Origin: Acinetobacter phage vB_AbaSt_W16
Length of the DNA stretch: 64,000 bases
Strand: one strand, 5' to 3'
Sequence record: PP174317.1
A model generated the notes under the pieces. That model was not told the DNA's origin, ran no database searches, and saw nothing but the letters and a program-made list of their open reading frames with translations. Made by a program: the position numbers and the translations under genes. Below are positions 37,004 to 47,612 of this stretch, piece by piece (within the stretch, counting starts at the first letter, position 1; each line of letters begins with the position of its first letter).

Positions 37004-40000
37004 ATGGCAGAAATAAAGACAAGTTTCCGTGCCACATACGGAATTGATGCGGGTGGCGAAAAAGTTATCAATGTCAAAAAAGCAGATAAAACTGTAATGA
37101 CTGATGGCGTAAACGTTGAATACCTAATTCAAGAAAACACAACTCAAATGTATGACCCTGAACGCGGCTATCCAAAAGATTTCGCGGTTTTATTTAATGG
37201 TCGTTTATGGTATGCAAAACAAGCTACACCAACTCCAGCTGGGCCTTTTAATGAAGGTTACTGGTCTCCTGCACGTACTGACCCTAAATGGTATCAAGTC
37301 GCGGGTAATCGTACAATGCAAGTTGGTGAATATCTAACTATTGATACTCTTTCAGTTCGTAATCTTGAATTAACATTACCATCAAATGCACAAGAAGGCG
37401 ATAACATTACTATTCGTGATGTAGGCGGTGAACCTGGTTATGCAGATATTTTAATTAAAGCCGGAACTCAATCTATTATAGATAAGGGTGAACGACTTAA
37501 AGAAATTAAAATGACAATTCCATTTTCAGAATGGACTTTCATTTATGTTAATAAATTATGGACATTGTACAATGGTTCAGAAGCAGATTTAGCAAGAACT
37601 CTTAGACCGGCTGATACTCCATATAAAATTCAATCGGGTGAAACTATTTTACGCTCATATGATAGAGCAAGTCCGATTAAAGTTCAGTTTCCTAAAAATG
37701 CTAATAACGGAGACATGATTCACTTTGTTGGTATGGATGCAGCAACATCAGCCCCGTATTTTCATTTAGAATTAAATTCTTTTGACGCAAATACAAGTAT
37801 TATTGCACCAAATACGCCAAAAGTTGTATTACAACGTTCATTATCTGGTTATTTTATCTATAATGCAACGACTAGAATCTGGATGTTATTTGATTCTGAT
37901 ATGACTGATCGTCTTCGTACAGTTAGTTCAGATACAAACCTATTTCCGAATGAAACTGTATCTGTTGTGGGTACATCAAATGCAACTGTACCTGCATTTA
38001 CACTGACTTTACCTACTCAAGTGTCAGATGGTGATCAAATTACGGTGGCATTGAATTATATGCGTAAGGGTCAAACAGTTAATATTACGGCTTCGGGACG
38101 TGATATGATTTTGACCAATAAAAATCTGACACAATTTCCAAAGCGTAAAGACTACCCAGAAGAAGGTAATTGGGTTAATACAAAATCACTTCAATATAAT
38201 GGTGCTAGTGATTATCCTCCGGTAATTACGTTTGCATATATTATCATGAATCCAGATCCAGACCCAACCAAATTCCTGGCACAATGGATGGTTGTTGATA
38301 ATAATCCTATGATTGAACGCGTTGACCCTACTAATCCAGCACGTTTGGGTGTTATAGCTTTAGCAACTCAAAATCAAGCCAATTTAGATAAAGGTCAAAT
38401 TGCAGCTAACCCAATTGCAAAAGAACTCGCAATTACTCCTGAAACATTGGCAAATCGTACTGCTCTTGAAAGTAGACAAGGTATTGCGGCAATTTCAACT
38501 AAAGATCAAAACTCTTTGCCTACGGATAGTGCAGCTTATGATGATTTAACGATTGTTACACCATTAAAGTTGAATCAAAAACAAGCAACAGAAACTATGC
38601 GAGGTTTAGCCGAAATTGTAGATGATACTGAGATAAAGAGTAATACTAATGATACTCATATTATTACACCTAAGAAATTAGATGCTCGTCGCGCGACAGC
38701 TTCATTATCTGGTGTGGCAATGTTAGTAGAAACAGGTGGTGTTTCAGCAACTGCTCGTAATGCGCCAGGTACTGGTATTTTTAACTATGCCGATAATGCA
38801 CGTGTCATTACCCCTACAACATTGCGTGAATTTAAAGCAACTGAGACCCAACAGGGTGGCGGTTTCTTAGCAATGGACTCAGAAGTTATCGCAGGTACAC
38901 CTAATCCAGCTGGTATACCATTATTGGTTACCCCTGAACAACTTCATAAAAAGACAGCAACAACAGGCCGTATTGGTTTTGTTCAAACTGCGACCGAAGC
39001 TGAAGTTTTAGCCGGAACTGATCCATTGAAATATGTTTCGCCATTTACTTTAGCTAAACGTGTTGCTACAGATAGTGCGACTGGTCTTGCTAGATTTGCA
39101 AAACAGACTGAGTTTAATGCAGGCACAGCTGGTTTAATTTCAGACCCTGCTGTAATTAAAACATTCTTTAGTGATGCAACTAGAACCGAGGTGGATAATA
39201 CTTCAGGACTTACACAAAGTGGAAATTTATGGACTTCTACAGTGTTTAATATTGTTGCGCCAACTGATAAACAACGAGGTACAGCTAGATTATCTACTCA
39301 AGCTGAAGTGAATACTGGTACAGATTATACTACTATTGTTACACCTTTAACACTACATAATAAGAAGTCGACTACAACAGCTGAAGGTATTATTCGTGTC
39401 GCAACCGATGCAGAAACTAATACCGGTACATCTACTAATACTGCAGTTTGTCCATTAAGTTTAAAAAATATGATTCAAAAACAAGAATCATGGGCTGCAA
39501 GTAATATAGTACGAGGCCCAGTATTACTATCCGAAGGTGCAATGACTTTTGCTGGGAATGATGTGACAGGTTCAACTGCTGCATTATTACCTACATACAA
39601 ACAAGTTGGATATGCAATTTCACCATATGAATTGAATAAAACTTTAATGAATTTCTTACCGGCTAAAGCTAAAGCAGTAGATTCTGATAAGTTGGATGGA
39701 TTTGATTCAACTCAATTTGTGCGCAGGGATATTGATCAAACAGTAGCAGGCTCAATTACATTTACAAAACCTATTGTTGTAAAAGATGCGGCTACTGTTG
39801 AAGGTTTATTGCTTGCAGGTACGCCAGGTGCAAACGGATATGATAAACCTGCTGTACCGGTTTTAGGGTTAAAAGCTATTGTAAATGGTGCAAATTGGAT
39901 ATTTGCATGCGATGGTACAAGCAAAGCCCCAGCTTCGCCTAAAATTCATTTTGGTTACAAGTACAATGGCGCATCTGATGCTGCGATTGATATACAAGCC

Positions 40001-40852
40001 TTTGAAATTAATCATAATGGTGAAACATCATTTAATTCAACTTTGACTGTGGCAGGTGCATCAACATTCAAAAGTAGTTTGAATGTATCTGACATTATTA
40101 ACACAGATTTAGGTTATCGTATTGATGGACGAGACGCCATTACTGTGGTAGACAATATAACTAAAGTAGGTACTATTGCTAGACCATTAGATTTAATTGG
40201 ATCAGATGCTGGAAATATTCGAGCATTAGATAGTGGAACAGTATATCAGGTCTTAACTACAAAAAATAGAGCATCCATTTTAGATCCTCTTTATGTTAAG
40301 AAATCTGGCGATACAATGACTGGTGCTCTAACTTTGCAACAAGCATCAATTAGAGCAATACGTACAGAATCGGCAACCTTTGCAACTGCTGCGCCGACAG
40401 CAACTACAGCGGGTAGCTGGAGTTCAAATATTGTAACTGCTGCAATTTATAATTTATTCCCTGGATATTTGGTTCCAGTTTTTGATAAATTAAAACCGAC
40501 TATTATTGAAAGTTATACTGAAGTTAAAGGGCCTGGTATTTTATCACAGGTTGGTACAGATAAAGTTGAAGGTACTTATCAAATTTGGGCTCCGCGCCCG
40601 ACAGTAGCGACTGCCAATCATAATGCAAATACAATTTATACTCGTATTTGGAATCCGGTTAAAAATGCATGGGAAGGTTGGTCTTACGCCTTTAACTCAA
40701 GCATTAGACCTACTGCTAGTGATATTGGTGCAATTCCTAATAATGGGTCTGCATTAGATAACTTAACTATCCGTGACTGGATTCAAGTTGGTAATTTGCG
40801 CATTTATGCTGATCCATTAACTAAAAATGTCCGTTTTGATTGGATTGAATAA
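37004..40852 (+). CDS. 34: Long tail fibre proximal subunit gp34.
   Basis: 1282 aa against 1289 aa in T4. It has repeated ~40-aa modules of the form G-x-A-x-x-A-T-x-x-E-x-x-x-GT...TP..L, and sits upstream of 35-36-37. Confidence 0.9.
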   Translation: MAEIKTSFRATYGIDAGGEKVINVKKADKTVMTDGVNVEYLIQENTTQMYDPERGYPKDFAVLFNGRLWYAKQATPTPAGPFNEGYWSPARTDPKWYQVAGNRTMQVGEYLTIDTLSVRNLELTLPSNAQEGDNITIRDVGGEPGYADILIKAGTQSIIDKGERLKEIKMTIPFSEWTFIYVNKLWTLYNGSEADLARTLRPADTPYKIQSGETILRSYDRASPIKVQFPKNANNGDMIHFVGMDAATSAPYFHLELNSFDANTSIIAPNTPKVVLQRSLSGYFIYNATTRIWMLFDSDMTDRLRTVSSDTNLFPNETVSVVGTSNATVPAFTLTLPTQVSDGDQITVALNYMRKGQTVNITASGRDMILTNKNLTQFPKRKDYPEEGNWVNTKSLQYNGASDYPPVITFAYIIMNPDPDPTKFLAQWMVVDNNPMIERVDPTNPARLGVIALATQNQANLDKGQIAANPIAKELAITPETLANRTALESRQGIAAISTKDQNSLPTDSAAYDDLTIVTPLKLNQKQATETMRGLAEIVDDTEIKSNTNDTHIITPKKLDARRATASLSGVAMLVETGGVSATARNAPGTGIFNYADNARVITPTTLREFKATETQQGGGFLAMDSEVIAGTPNPAGIPLLVTPEQLHKKTATTGRIGFVQTATEAEVLAGTDPLKYVSPFTLAKRVATDSATGLARFAKQTEFNAGTAGLISDPAVIKTFFSDATRTEVDNTSGLTQSGNLWTSTVFNIVAPTDKQRGTARLSTQAEVNTGTDYTTIVTPLTLHNKKSTTTAEGIIRVATDAETNTGTSTNTAVCPLSLKNMIQKQESWAASNIVRGPVLLSEGAMTFAGNDVTGSTAALLPTYKQVGYAISPYELNKTLMNFLPAKAKAVDSDKLDGFDSTQFVRRDIDQTVAGSITFTKPIVVKDAATVEGLLLAGTPGANGYDKPAVPVLGLKAIVNGANWIFACDGTSKAPASPKIHFGYKYNGASDAAIDIQAFEINHNGETSFNSTLTVAGASTFKSSLNVSDIINTDLGYRIDGRDAITVVDNITKVGTIARPLDLIGSDAGNIRALDSGTVYQVLTTKNRASILDPLYVKKSGDTMTGALTLQQASIRAIRTESATFATAAPTATTAGSWSSNIVTAAIYNLFPGYLVPVFDKLKPTIIESYTEVKGPGILSQVGTDKVEGTYQIWAPRPTVATANHNANTIYTRIWNPVKNAWEGWSYAFNSSIRPTASDIGAIPNNGSALDNLTIRDWIQVGNLRIYADPLTKNVRFDWIE

Positions 40853-40862
40853 GGAGACTTAA

Positions 40863-42899
40863 ATGGCTAAAGAGACATTCATTGCCTCATTTGCAAAAGA
40901 TGTAATTGAGGCGAGTGTCTTTTCAGAAGCTGATGCTGTAGTATATCAGTTTAAAATTGGAGGGGCAACGGATTATTCGACCCCTCCTTATCTGAAAAGA
41001 AATGATGAAGATTTAACGGGTACAACTTTAAAAGGTTTAAATCTTAGAGGATTTAAAACGGCCAATGGTGTTCCAGAAATTAAATCTTTTGAATTAACGC
41101 CAACAGATTCAACAATGAATACTGGATTTACTTCATATATGAATAGCTCAGGCAATCCATATGTTGTTATTATGAGTGGCCCTGGACTAAAATCATCACC
41201 TTCTGTTGATACTTGGTTTAAGACTGTTGGTTCAGTAAATTGGCCAGGTACATTTTTGGCAAATAATTATTCATGTGGTTATGTTGGCATTTATAATTCA
41301 GCCCGTAAAAAGATTGTATCTGAAGTTTTATTATCAACTGACGGTACCGATAAAAATTTAGCAGAACTATCAGTAGTTTTTGATGAACTTAATGATATCG
41401 GTGCAGTTGGAATGCCCTCTAGAATTGTGTATGATACCGAAGAATATGCAACGATGAATGGGTATGAATATAAACGGTTTCCGACAAATAACGCTATTAA
41501 TAAAATGTCAGATTATGGCTTATTGCCGGGCGCCGTTGTAGAACTATCTGCAGATTTATATGCCGATGCTGTTATGACGTCTTCTAATATGAAAACCAGA
41601 GTAAATTTACGTTGGTATAATGCATCAAATGCTTTAGTAGATTCATCCACAATATTAGAATCTAACGGTACAGGCTGGACTTCAATTGGTAAATACTCAA
41701 CTGCACCAGCTACAGCAACTGGATTTACAGTTGTGGTTTCAAGATTTCCTCGTAATGATGCTGTAACTGGTAAATCATCTATTAAAAATATTGTTTTGAC
41801 CGAGACTTCTCGAGACGGCAGTAAGAAGAATGGTAATGCAATTATTGGTATTCACGGTATTAAAGCAGGTCGTTTTGTTGAACAGCAAACAGCAAATCAT
41901 TTAATGGATTTGGGTATTTTTACAACAAGCGAAACTAATACTGTTCCAATTGTTGGTATTCGTGAAAATAATGGTACCTTTGTTTCAGAAGAAATTGATT
42001 TTACTATTGATCAAAAATTACCAACATTTTTATTGTTCAAACGAAATTCATCGGGTTCATATCATAGCGATGGACTATCAATGAATATGTATGAGGTCGG
42101 TCCAAATATTCCTAGATTTGATACTGGATATGATGCGACTACTCGTAAGGCTTATAATAGGGGGTTGTTGGTTGAAAAACGTGCTACTAATTTGTTAGTT
42201 AATAGTAATTTTGATGTTCTAGACCCTGTTCCATGGGGTGCTACTAAACCATTTACAACTACACGCAATGCAAATGGCACTATTAAAGTTGCAGTAAATA
42301 CATCAAGTAGATTAGACTTTCAAAATCACCCTACATTGCGTAAATTAAATCTTGCTGCAAATATTGATTATACCACATCTCATTATTTGAATGGTAACTA
42401 TCCAAATAGTTATATGTATTGGTTAAATCCGAATGGTGCAGGTGCTCTTTATTTGGGCACAATTGGTGATATAACGCCACTAGCTACAACTAATGCATTA
42501 ATATCTCGTACTTTTACTACTAGACGATTAACAACGCCTTTAGCTAATGGTGATTTAATGCGAGGGTATAATGCCAATGAGGTAACCGATGGTTGGTATA
42601 ATGTTGGTTATTCACAAGTTGAAGCCGGTTTATATCCTACTTCATGGATTCGTACTCTTGAAGAACCTGCAACAAGAGAGCCTGATATTTTAATATTAAA
42701 CGTTGATAATTATACAGGGTCTGTTTTATTAGAATATGAGCGACAAGACAATAATAAAATAGAGAAAAAATGGGTTGATTTAACAAATGCTAAACAACCT
42801 GAGTTGTCATCTTATTTGGATGTTGGTGTATGGATGCGTTCTGTTAAAATGTGTAAGTATATATTATCAGATGCTCAAAAACAAGTGTTTACGGGATAA
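40863..42899 (+). CDS. 35: Long tail fibre hinge (knee) protein gp35, enlarged relative to T4.
   Basis: It lies between 34 and 36 as in T4, but is 678 aa against 372 aa in T4. Confidence 0.7.
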   Translation: MAKETFIASFAKDVIEASVFSEADAVVYQFKIGGATDYSTPPYLKRNDEDLTGTTLKGLNLRGFKTANGVPEIKSFELTPTDSTMNTGFTSYMNSSGNPYVVIMSGPGLKSSPSVDTWFKTVGSVNWPGTFLANNYSCGYVGIYNSARKKIVSEVLLSTDGTDKNLAELSVVFDELNDIGAVGMPSRIVYDTEEYATMNGYEYKRFPTNNAINKMSDYGLLPGAVVELSADLYADAVMTSSNMKTRVNLRWYNASNALVDSSTILESNGTGWTSIGKYSTAPATATGFTVVVSRFPRNDAVTGKSSIKNIVLTETSRDGSKKNGNAIIGIHGIKAGRFVEQQTANHLMDLGIFTTSETNTVPIVGIRENNGTFVSEEIDFTIDQKLPTFLLFKRNSSGSYHSDGLSMNMYEVGPNIPRFDTGYDATTRKAYNRGLLVEKRATNLLVNSNFDVLDPVPWGATKPFTTTRNANGTIKVAVNTSSRLDFQNHPTLRKLNLAANIDYTTSHYLNGNYPNSYMYWLNPNGAGALYLGTIGDITPLATTNALISRTFTTRRLTTPLANGDLMRGYNANEVTDGWYNVGYSQVEAGLYPTSWIRTLEEPATREPDILILNVDNYTGSVLLEYERQDNNKIEKKWVDLTNAKQPELSSYLDVGVWMRSVKMCKYILSDAQKQVFTG

Positions 42900-42900
42900 A

Positions 42901-42926
42901 GAAAGGGCTTCGGCCCTTTTCTCTTT
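42901..42926. terminator. Hairpin aaagggcttcggcccttt followed by a T-run, downstream of gene 35.
   Basis: Inverted repeat, seen directly. Confidence 0.6.
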
Positions 42927-42927
42927 T

Positions 42928-42935
42928 TATAAATA
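42928..42935 (+). promoter_or_regulatory. Late promoter TATAAATA for genes 36-37.
   Basis: Exact motif 23 nt upstream of the gene 36 ATG. Confidence 0.6.
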
Positions 42936-42957
42936 TCTTTAAAGAGGATAAATTGAT

Positions 42958-43671
42958 ATGGCAGATTTAAAAGCCGGTACAACGATTGGCGGGACACTCG
43001 TTTGGACTCAGGGTAATTTCCCATTATTCCCGACAGGTAATACACTTTTATATAAAACATATAAAATATATTCTGAAAATGATAAACCTCAAGCTGATGA
43101 TAATGACTTTGTATCAAAGGCCCAAGGAGGTACTTATAACTCGACAGTCGTTTTTAATAAAAATATTGTTTTACGAGCTGCCGGCGGCACATCAGGCAAT
43201 TTGACATCTATTAATCTTTATGGAGGCCTTGGCGATGGTGCTATGCCAACATATGGCTTTTATGTCGGAAGTACGGTTGATGAGTCAAACGGAAACCACG
43301 GCTCTGTAGTAGGTAACTGGGCCGTTTATAATGTTGCTGCTAATGGCGGATGGATTTTTAGAACACAGTCAAGGAACGTGGCGTCTATTAACACTGATGG
43401 TACAGGCACATTCAACGCAGTTAACATTGACTTAAATCCTACTATAGCGTCACATGCTACACGCAAAGACTACGTTGACAATTTAATAAATACCGTTACG
43501 GATAACGCAAATAGTAAAGTTTCTAAGACAAATCCTAATGGCGATACAATGGTAGGCCCATTAACTGCTCCAAACTTTATTTCAACAAAGGTCGCTACTG
43601 CGCCAGCACAAGTTCCTCAATTAGGACAAGTTGTTCAACGGGGCGTAATTCTAGATTATGGAACATTTTAA
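42958..43671 (+). CDS. 36: Long tail fibre distal half-fibre small subunit gp36.
   Basis: Collinear with T4 gp36: MADLKAGTTIGG..WTQGNFPL, YSENDKPQADDNDFVSKAQGGTY, TRKDYVDNLINTVT and GPLTAPNF. Confidence 0.92.
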   Translation: MADLKAGTTIGGTLVWTQGNFPLFPTGNTLLYKTYKIYSENDKPQADDNDFVSKAQGGTYNSTVVFNKNIVLRAAGGTSGNLTSINLYGGLGDGAMPTYGFYVGSTVDESNGNHGSVVGNWAVYNVAANGGWIFRTQSRNVASINTDGTGTFNAVNIDLNPTIASHATRKDYVDNLINTVTDNANSKVSKTNPNGDTMVGPLTAPNFISTKVATAPAQVPQLGQVVQRGVILDYGTF

Positions 43672-43683
43672 GGAAATTATCAG

Positions 43684-46600
43684 ATGGCATTAGATCCAAA
43701 TATTAACAGAATTAAATTTTTACGATCTTCTACTGCTGGAGCTAAACCTACTACTGCAGCGATTCAACCAGGCGAAATTGCTATCAATTTGGCAGATAGA
43801 ACTCTTTACTCAACCGATGGTAATGCTATTATTGATATCGGTTTTGGTTTGGGTGGAAGTGTCAATGGGCCAATAAATGCAACAGGGCAAATTAGTACCA
43901 ATGACTTTTTATATTCAAAGTATGGATTTTCTGTAAATTCAGAAACTGCAGATGGACGCGGTATTTCATTATATGGCAATGGATATACCGCATCAAACGG
44001 TCTGCCATCATATGGTCTTGCGATGGCTGCTACAAGTAAATACGGTACATTTGGTGCTGTGTCAGGTTCGCACGCAACTTACCTTACTACAAACTCAGGT
44101 ACTGACCGTGGTTGGATTTTTAACTATAACGGAACTACCAATGTAGCTTCAATTTCGGGAACCGGCATTGCGACATTTGCACGTGTAGATGCTCCGTTAA
44201 ACGGTAATGCTAATACAGCAACTAAACTTCAATCAGCTAGAAACATTAATGGCGTGTTGTTTGACGGCACATCGGATATTAATACACCAGCTATCACTGA
44301 CGTCGTTTCATTTGATAATAGAACTGTTAAACCTTCTGATGTTAGAAATAAAGCCATGGGTGTTTATTTTACTTCAAAGGCAGGTTTAAATGGCGCGGCT
44401 GATACCAATTATGGTGATTTTTTATCTCTAAGCACCTATCAAGATGGCTCCGGAGGAAAGGTAAACGGTTTATATTTCAATAAATTAACTCGAGAAATAT
44501 TACATTACCAGACAGATTTAAATTCAAATTCGTGGGGAACTCCGAAAACGATTGCGTATACAGATAGTTCTATTACCGGTAATGCTGCATCAGCAACACG
44601 CTTACAGACAGCAAGAACTATCAATGGTACTGCATTTGATGGTACTGCGAATATCAATGTCAATGCTACATATTCGGAATTTATTCCTGATGGTGCGAAT
44701 TTAAATGATTATAAAACTCCAGGGCTATATTATTGTCCTACTGATGCTGGTGCAGCGACTCAATTAAATTTACCGTTTAGTAATGCGTATTCGTTGTTTG
44801 TTGAGAGACATGCTGGAATTAAACAGACTATTACCCAATATGCGACAAATAAAACTTTTATTCGTAAATTTTATAATGGTTATTGGGATAATTGGCGTCA
44901 ATTAGCTTTCTTAGACCCAAGTGATCAGAAATTTACAGAAAATATCACTTTGGAAAAAGCTTCTTCTGACGTAGCAATCAACATTAAAACTACTACTGAT
45001 AATACTTCTGAACTTATTTTAAGCAATAGAAATAAAACAGCGTCTGTAAGTCTTGTATCAGACGGTACTTTTTTATTATGGGATTCAAATAGACAAACAT
45101 CATTCATGTCATTTACACCAGATGGTGTACAATCGACATTAAATTCTAAGTTGTTGATTAATACTCCAGCATCGCTAAATGTTACAGGCGGAGAAACATT
45201 TGCTGTTACGGGTGGAGAAAGCTCTCCGATTAGATTTAAAATTAACCGCGGTGGGGCAATCACTACTAACTCGCCTGTTACTGGTGTTTCTTCTATTCCC
45301 CATGCTATATCATTTAACTGGTATAATACAGAATGGCAAATAGGTAACGTTCGTGATGGTTCTACCGGTACCGTTGGTTTTGGTATTACTAAATTCAACG
45401 ATACGTTAGTATGGCGCCATGATGGTAATACTATGACCAACTACGGTAACATTAGTAATACAGGTTCGATCAGTACGCAAGGAAATATTTCATCTAATGG
45501 TAACTTAAGTACTGCAGGTTCAATCAGCGGAGATAGTTTAATCACTAGAACTGGTCGTATCGGTGCGCCAACATCTACGTATCACTATCTCGATATCGGT
45601 AGAGATGGTACAGATATTACTACAGTCGGTCAATATGGAGGTGCATTTAGAGTTGTTGATACAGCTATCGGCAAAAATACATTCAGTGTTGACGCAAATA
45701 CAGCTATTTTCGCTGGAAGAATTGTCACAAAGCCTGGTGCATTTTATCAAAATATAACAGACTTGGGTAATGCGACTGCAGCTATTACAGTTCCAGATGT
45801 AGTGGCTCCACAAAATACTACAGGATATGTTCCGTTCATTCATGGATCAGTTCAAACGAATGGCTCTGGCTATAGAACTAACGTATCTATTGGTGCTTTG
45901 AGAGGTTCTAATACTTGGTCATCTTCGGGTGCTTATATCGCTATCGGTGGAAATGATAACTATACGACAGAAGATTTTAGATTCATGCCTGGTGGTTATA
46001 TTGGTACAAGTCGCGGTACTTTAAATATCTTAGGTACTTTAAATGCACCTACTTTAACATCTACAACTGGATCTTTCACTACCGTTAATACAACAAATAT
46101 TAACGCCCAAGGCAGTATTGTGATGAGTGCTGCGCCTGGTGGATCTGGACGAAGCGGTATGTATACAGGAAATGGTGACGGTGCGTCCTTCTCTACCTGT
46201 AATATGGATATAGGTTCTCATTGGGGCTTAGGATTCAAAGATAATTTAGGAAACAGAAATATTTTCTTTGATACCCGTGCAGGTAATGCGTCGTTTAAAG
46301 GATCTATTAGAATCGGTGCATCTTTTGCTGATGAGACTCAATTATTACCTATGTCAAACCAACTTCAAATATTAACTTCAGGCGGACAAGCTAGAAATAT
46401 TTCGACTGGTGGTGTATTGGCTTCTGATACTTACGCCGATGCTAGTAAAGTTCCTGTAAACGGCATCTACTCAAAAGGTGATATTAAAACATCTACATGG
46501 GTATATGCATCTAAATTCACTGGTCCTACTGGATCAGGTGATGGTATGTTTGACGGTAATGCCAATACAGCTACTAAACTACAAACTGCTAGAACTATCG

Positions 46601-47535
46601 GTGGTGTGTCTTTTGATGGTTCTGCAAACATCAACTTACCTGGTGTGAATATCACCGGTAACCAAAATACAACTGGTAATGCAGCTTCTGCAACTTGTTT
46701 GCAAACTGCAAGAACTTTCCAAATTACTGGTGGCATCACAACAAATGCAGTATCATTTGACGGACAACAAAACGTTACATTGACCGCATCTAATGTCGAT
46801 GGTTCAAAAGTTACAGGCAAAGTTCCTGCAGCCGCACAAGCCGATAATGCAACAAATGCTACTAAGGCAAACACATTAGATATTGCAGGACAAAAGGAGG
46901 CCAAATTAGTTGCGACTTGGACTGGTGGAGTTTATGTTGGATATTCACAGACAGCAAAATATTATTCACCTACTCAAATTCAGATTGAACTTGGCTCGGG
47001 TACAGTAGTACAAGATCGAATTTCCCAAATTAAAGTAGGATCTTTATTACATGGTGTGTTTGCTGGTTCTACCGGGTGGTCTAATGGATTGTCTACCGGA
47101 AGAATAATACAAGTAACAACTAATCGAGTATCCGGTGTTATTGATGCTATTGTTGAAATTCCTCATTCTATTAGCCCGGGTAATGTGACTTCGTTTAATG
47201 TTTTAGCTGTGACATATAACTCATCTAATTGTAGTTTTATTGGTAATATTGCAGCATACGCCAAACAAGACCTAGGAGCAAATTCAGGTTGGTCTTGGTT
47301 ATTACGTACATCTACTGCTATAAACAATCCATCTGTGTCAATAAGTACCTCTGGTGATACTGCAACTATAGATGCTCGCCTTGATTTAGGTTGGTTCTTA
47401 TCAGGTAAAAATCCAACAGCTGGTTCTGCAACTATGATTAACTCGAACACATGTAATTTTATTGTGTCAGATAATAATACTGATACCGCATCAAGTTGTG
47501 GTTATATATCAATACAAATTTGGGATGTTGTATAA
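43684..47535 (+). CDS. 37: Long tail fibre distal subunit gp37, the receptor-recognising subunit.
   Basis: The N-terminus (MALDPNINRIKFLRSSTAGAKPTTA...GEIAINLADRTLYS) matches T4 gp37. An internal motif GNAxxATxLQTARTINGxxFDGTANIN recurs four times. 1283 aa against 1026 aa in T4. Confidence 0.9.
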   Translation: MALDPNINRIKFLRSSTAGAKPTTAAIQPGEIAINLADRTLYSTDGNAIIDIGFGLGGSVNGPINATGQISTNDFLYSKYGFSVNSETADGRGISLYGNGYTASNGLPSYGLAMAATSKYGTFGAVSGSHATYLTTNSGTDRGWIFNYNGTTNVASISGTGIATFARVDAPLNGNANTATKLQSARNINGVLFDGTSDINTPAITDVVSFDNRTVKPSDVRNKAMGVYFTSKAGLNGAADTNYGDFLSLSTYQDGSGGKVNGLYFNKLTREILHYQTDLNSNSWGTPKTIAYTDSSITGNAASATRLQTARTINGTAFDGTANINVNATYSEFIPDGANLNDYKTPGLYYCPTDAGAATQLNLPFSNAYSLFVERHAGIKQTITQYATNKTFIRKFYNGYWDNWRQLAFLDPSDQKFTENITLEKASSDVAINIKTTTDNTSELILSNRNKTASVSLVSDGTFLLWDSNRQTSFMSFTPDGVQSTLNSKLLINTPASLNVTGGETFAVTGGESSPIRFKINRGGAITTNSPVTGVSSIPHAISFNWYNTEWQIGNVRDGSTGTVGFGITKFNDTLVWRHDGNTMTNYGNISNTGSISTQGNISSNGNLSTAGSISGDSLITRTGRIGAPTSTYHYLDIGRDGTDITTVGQYGGAFRVVDTAIGKNTFSVDANTAIFAGRIVTKPGAFYQNITDLGNATAAITVPDVVAPQNTTGYVPFIHGSVQTNGSGYRTNVSIGALRGSNTWSSSGAYIAIGGNDNYTTEDFRFMPGGYIGTSRGTLNILGTLNAPTLTSTTGSFTTVNTTNINAQGSIVMSAAPGGSGRSGMYTGNGDGASFSTCNMDIGSHWGLGFKDNLGNRNIFFDTRAGNASFKGSIRIGASFADETQLLPMSNQLQILTSGGQARNISTGGVLASDTYADASKVPVNGIYSKGDIKTSTWVYASKFTGPTGSGDGMFDGNANTATKLQTARTIGGVSFDGSANINLPGVNITGNQNTTGNAASATCLQTARTFQITGGITTNAVSFDGQQNVTLTASNVDGSKVTGKVPAAAQADNATNATKANTLDIAGQKEAKLVATWTGGVYVGYSQTAKYYSPTQIQIELGSGTVVQDRISQIKVGSLLHGVFAGSTGWSNGLSTGRIIQVTTNRVSGVIDAIVEIPHSISPGNVTSFNVLAVTYNSSNCSFIGNIAAYAKQDLGANSGWSWLLRTSTAINNPSVSISTSGDTATIDARLDLGWFLSGKNPTAGSATMINSNTCNFIVSDNNTDTASSCGYISIQIWDVV

Positions 47536-47545
47536 TTCAAAACAC

Positions 47546-47576
47546 CGAAAACAGGAGCCATAAGGCTCCTGTTTTC
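47546..47576. terminator. Hairpin aaaacaggagccataaggctcctgtttt downstream of gene 37.
   Basis: 10-bp stem plus T-run, seen directly. Confidence 0.7.
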
Positions 47577-47577
47577 A

Positions 47578-47585
47578 TATAAATA
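47578..47585 (+). promoter_or_regulatory. Late promoter TATAAATA for holin t.
   Basis: Exact motif 27 nt upstream of the t ATG. Confidence 0.6.
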
Positions 47586-47612
47586 TCTCTATTAAATCAT
47601 AAATGACTAACT

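Noticed and set aside
44925-45440. 171-aa minus-strand ORF inside gene 37.
   Set aside because: It is antisense to the tail fibre gene. A long open frame is expected by chance opposite a Thr/Ser/Gly-rich coding strand.
45538-46904. Further minus-strand ORFs (101 and 145 aa) inside gene 37.
   Set aside because: They are antisense artefacts of the repetitive, low-stop tail fibre coding sequence.
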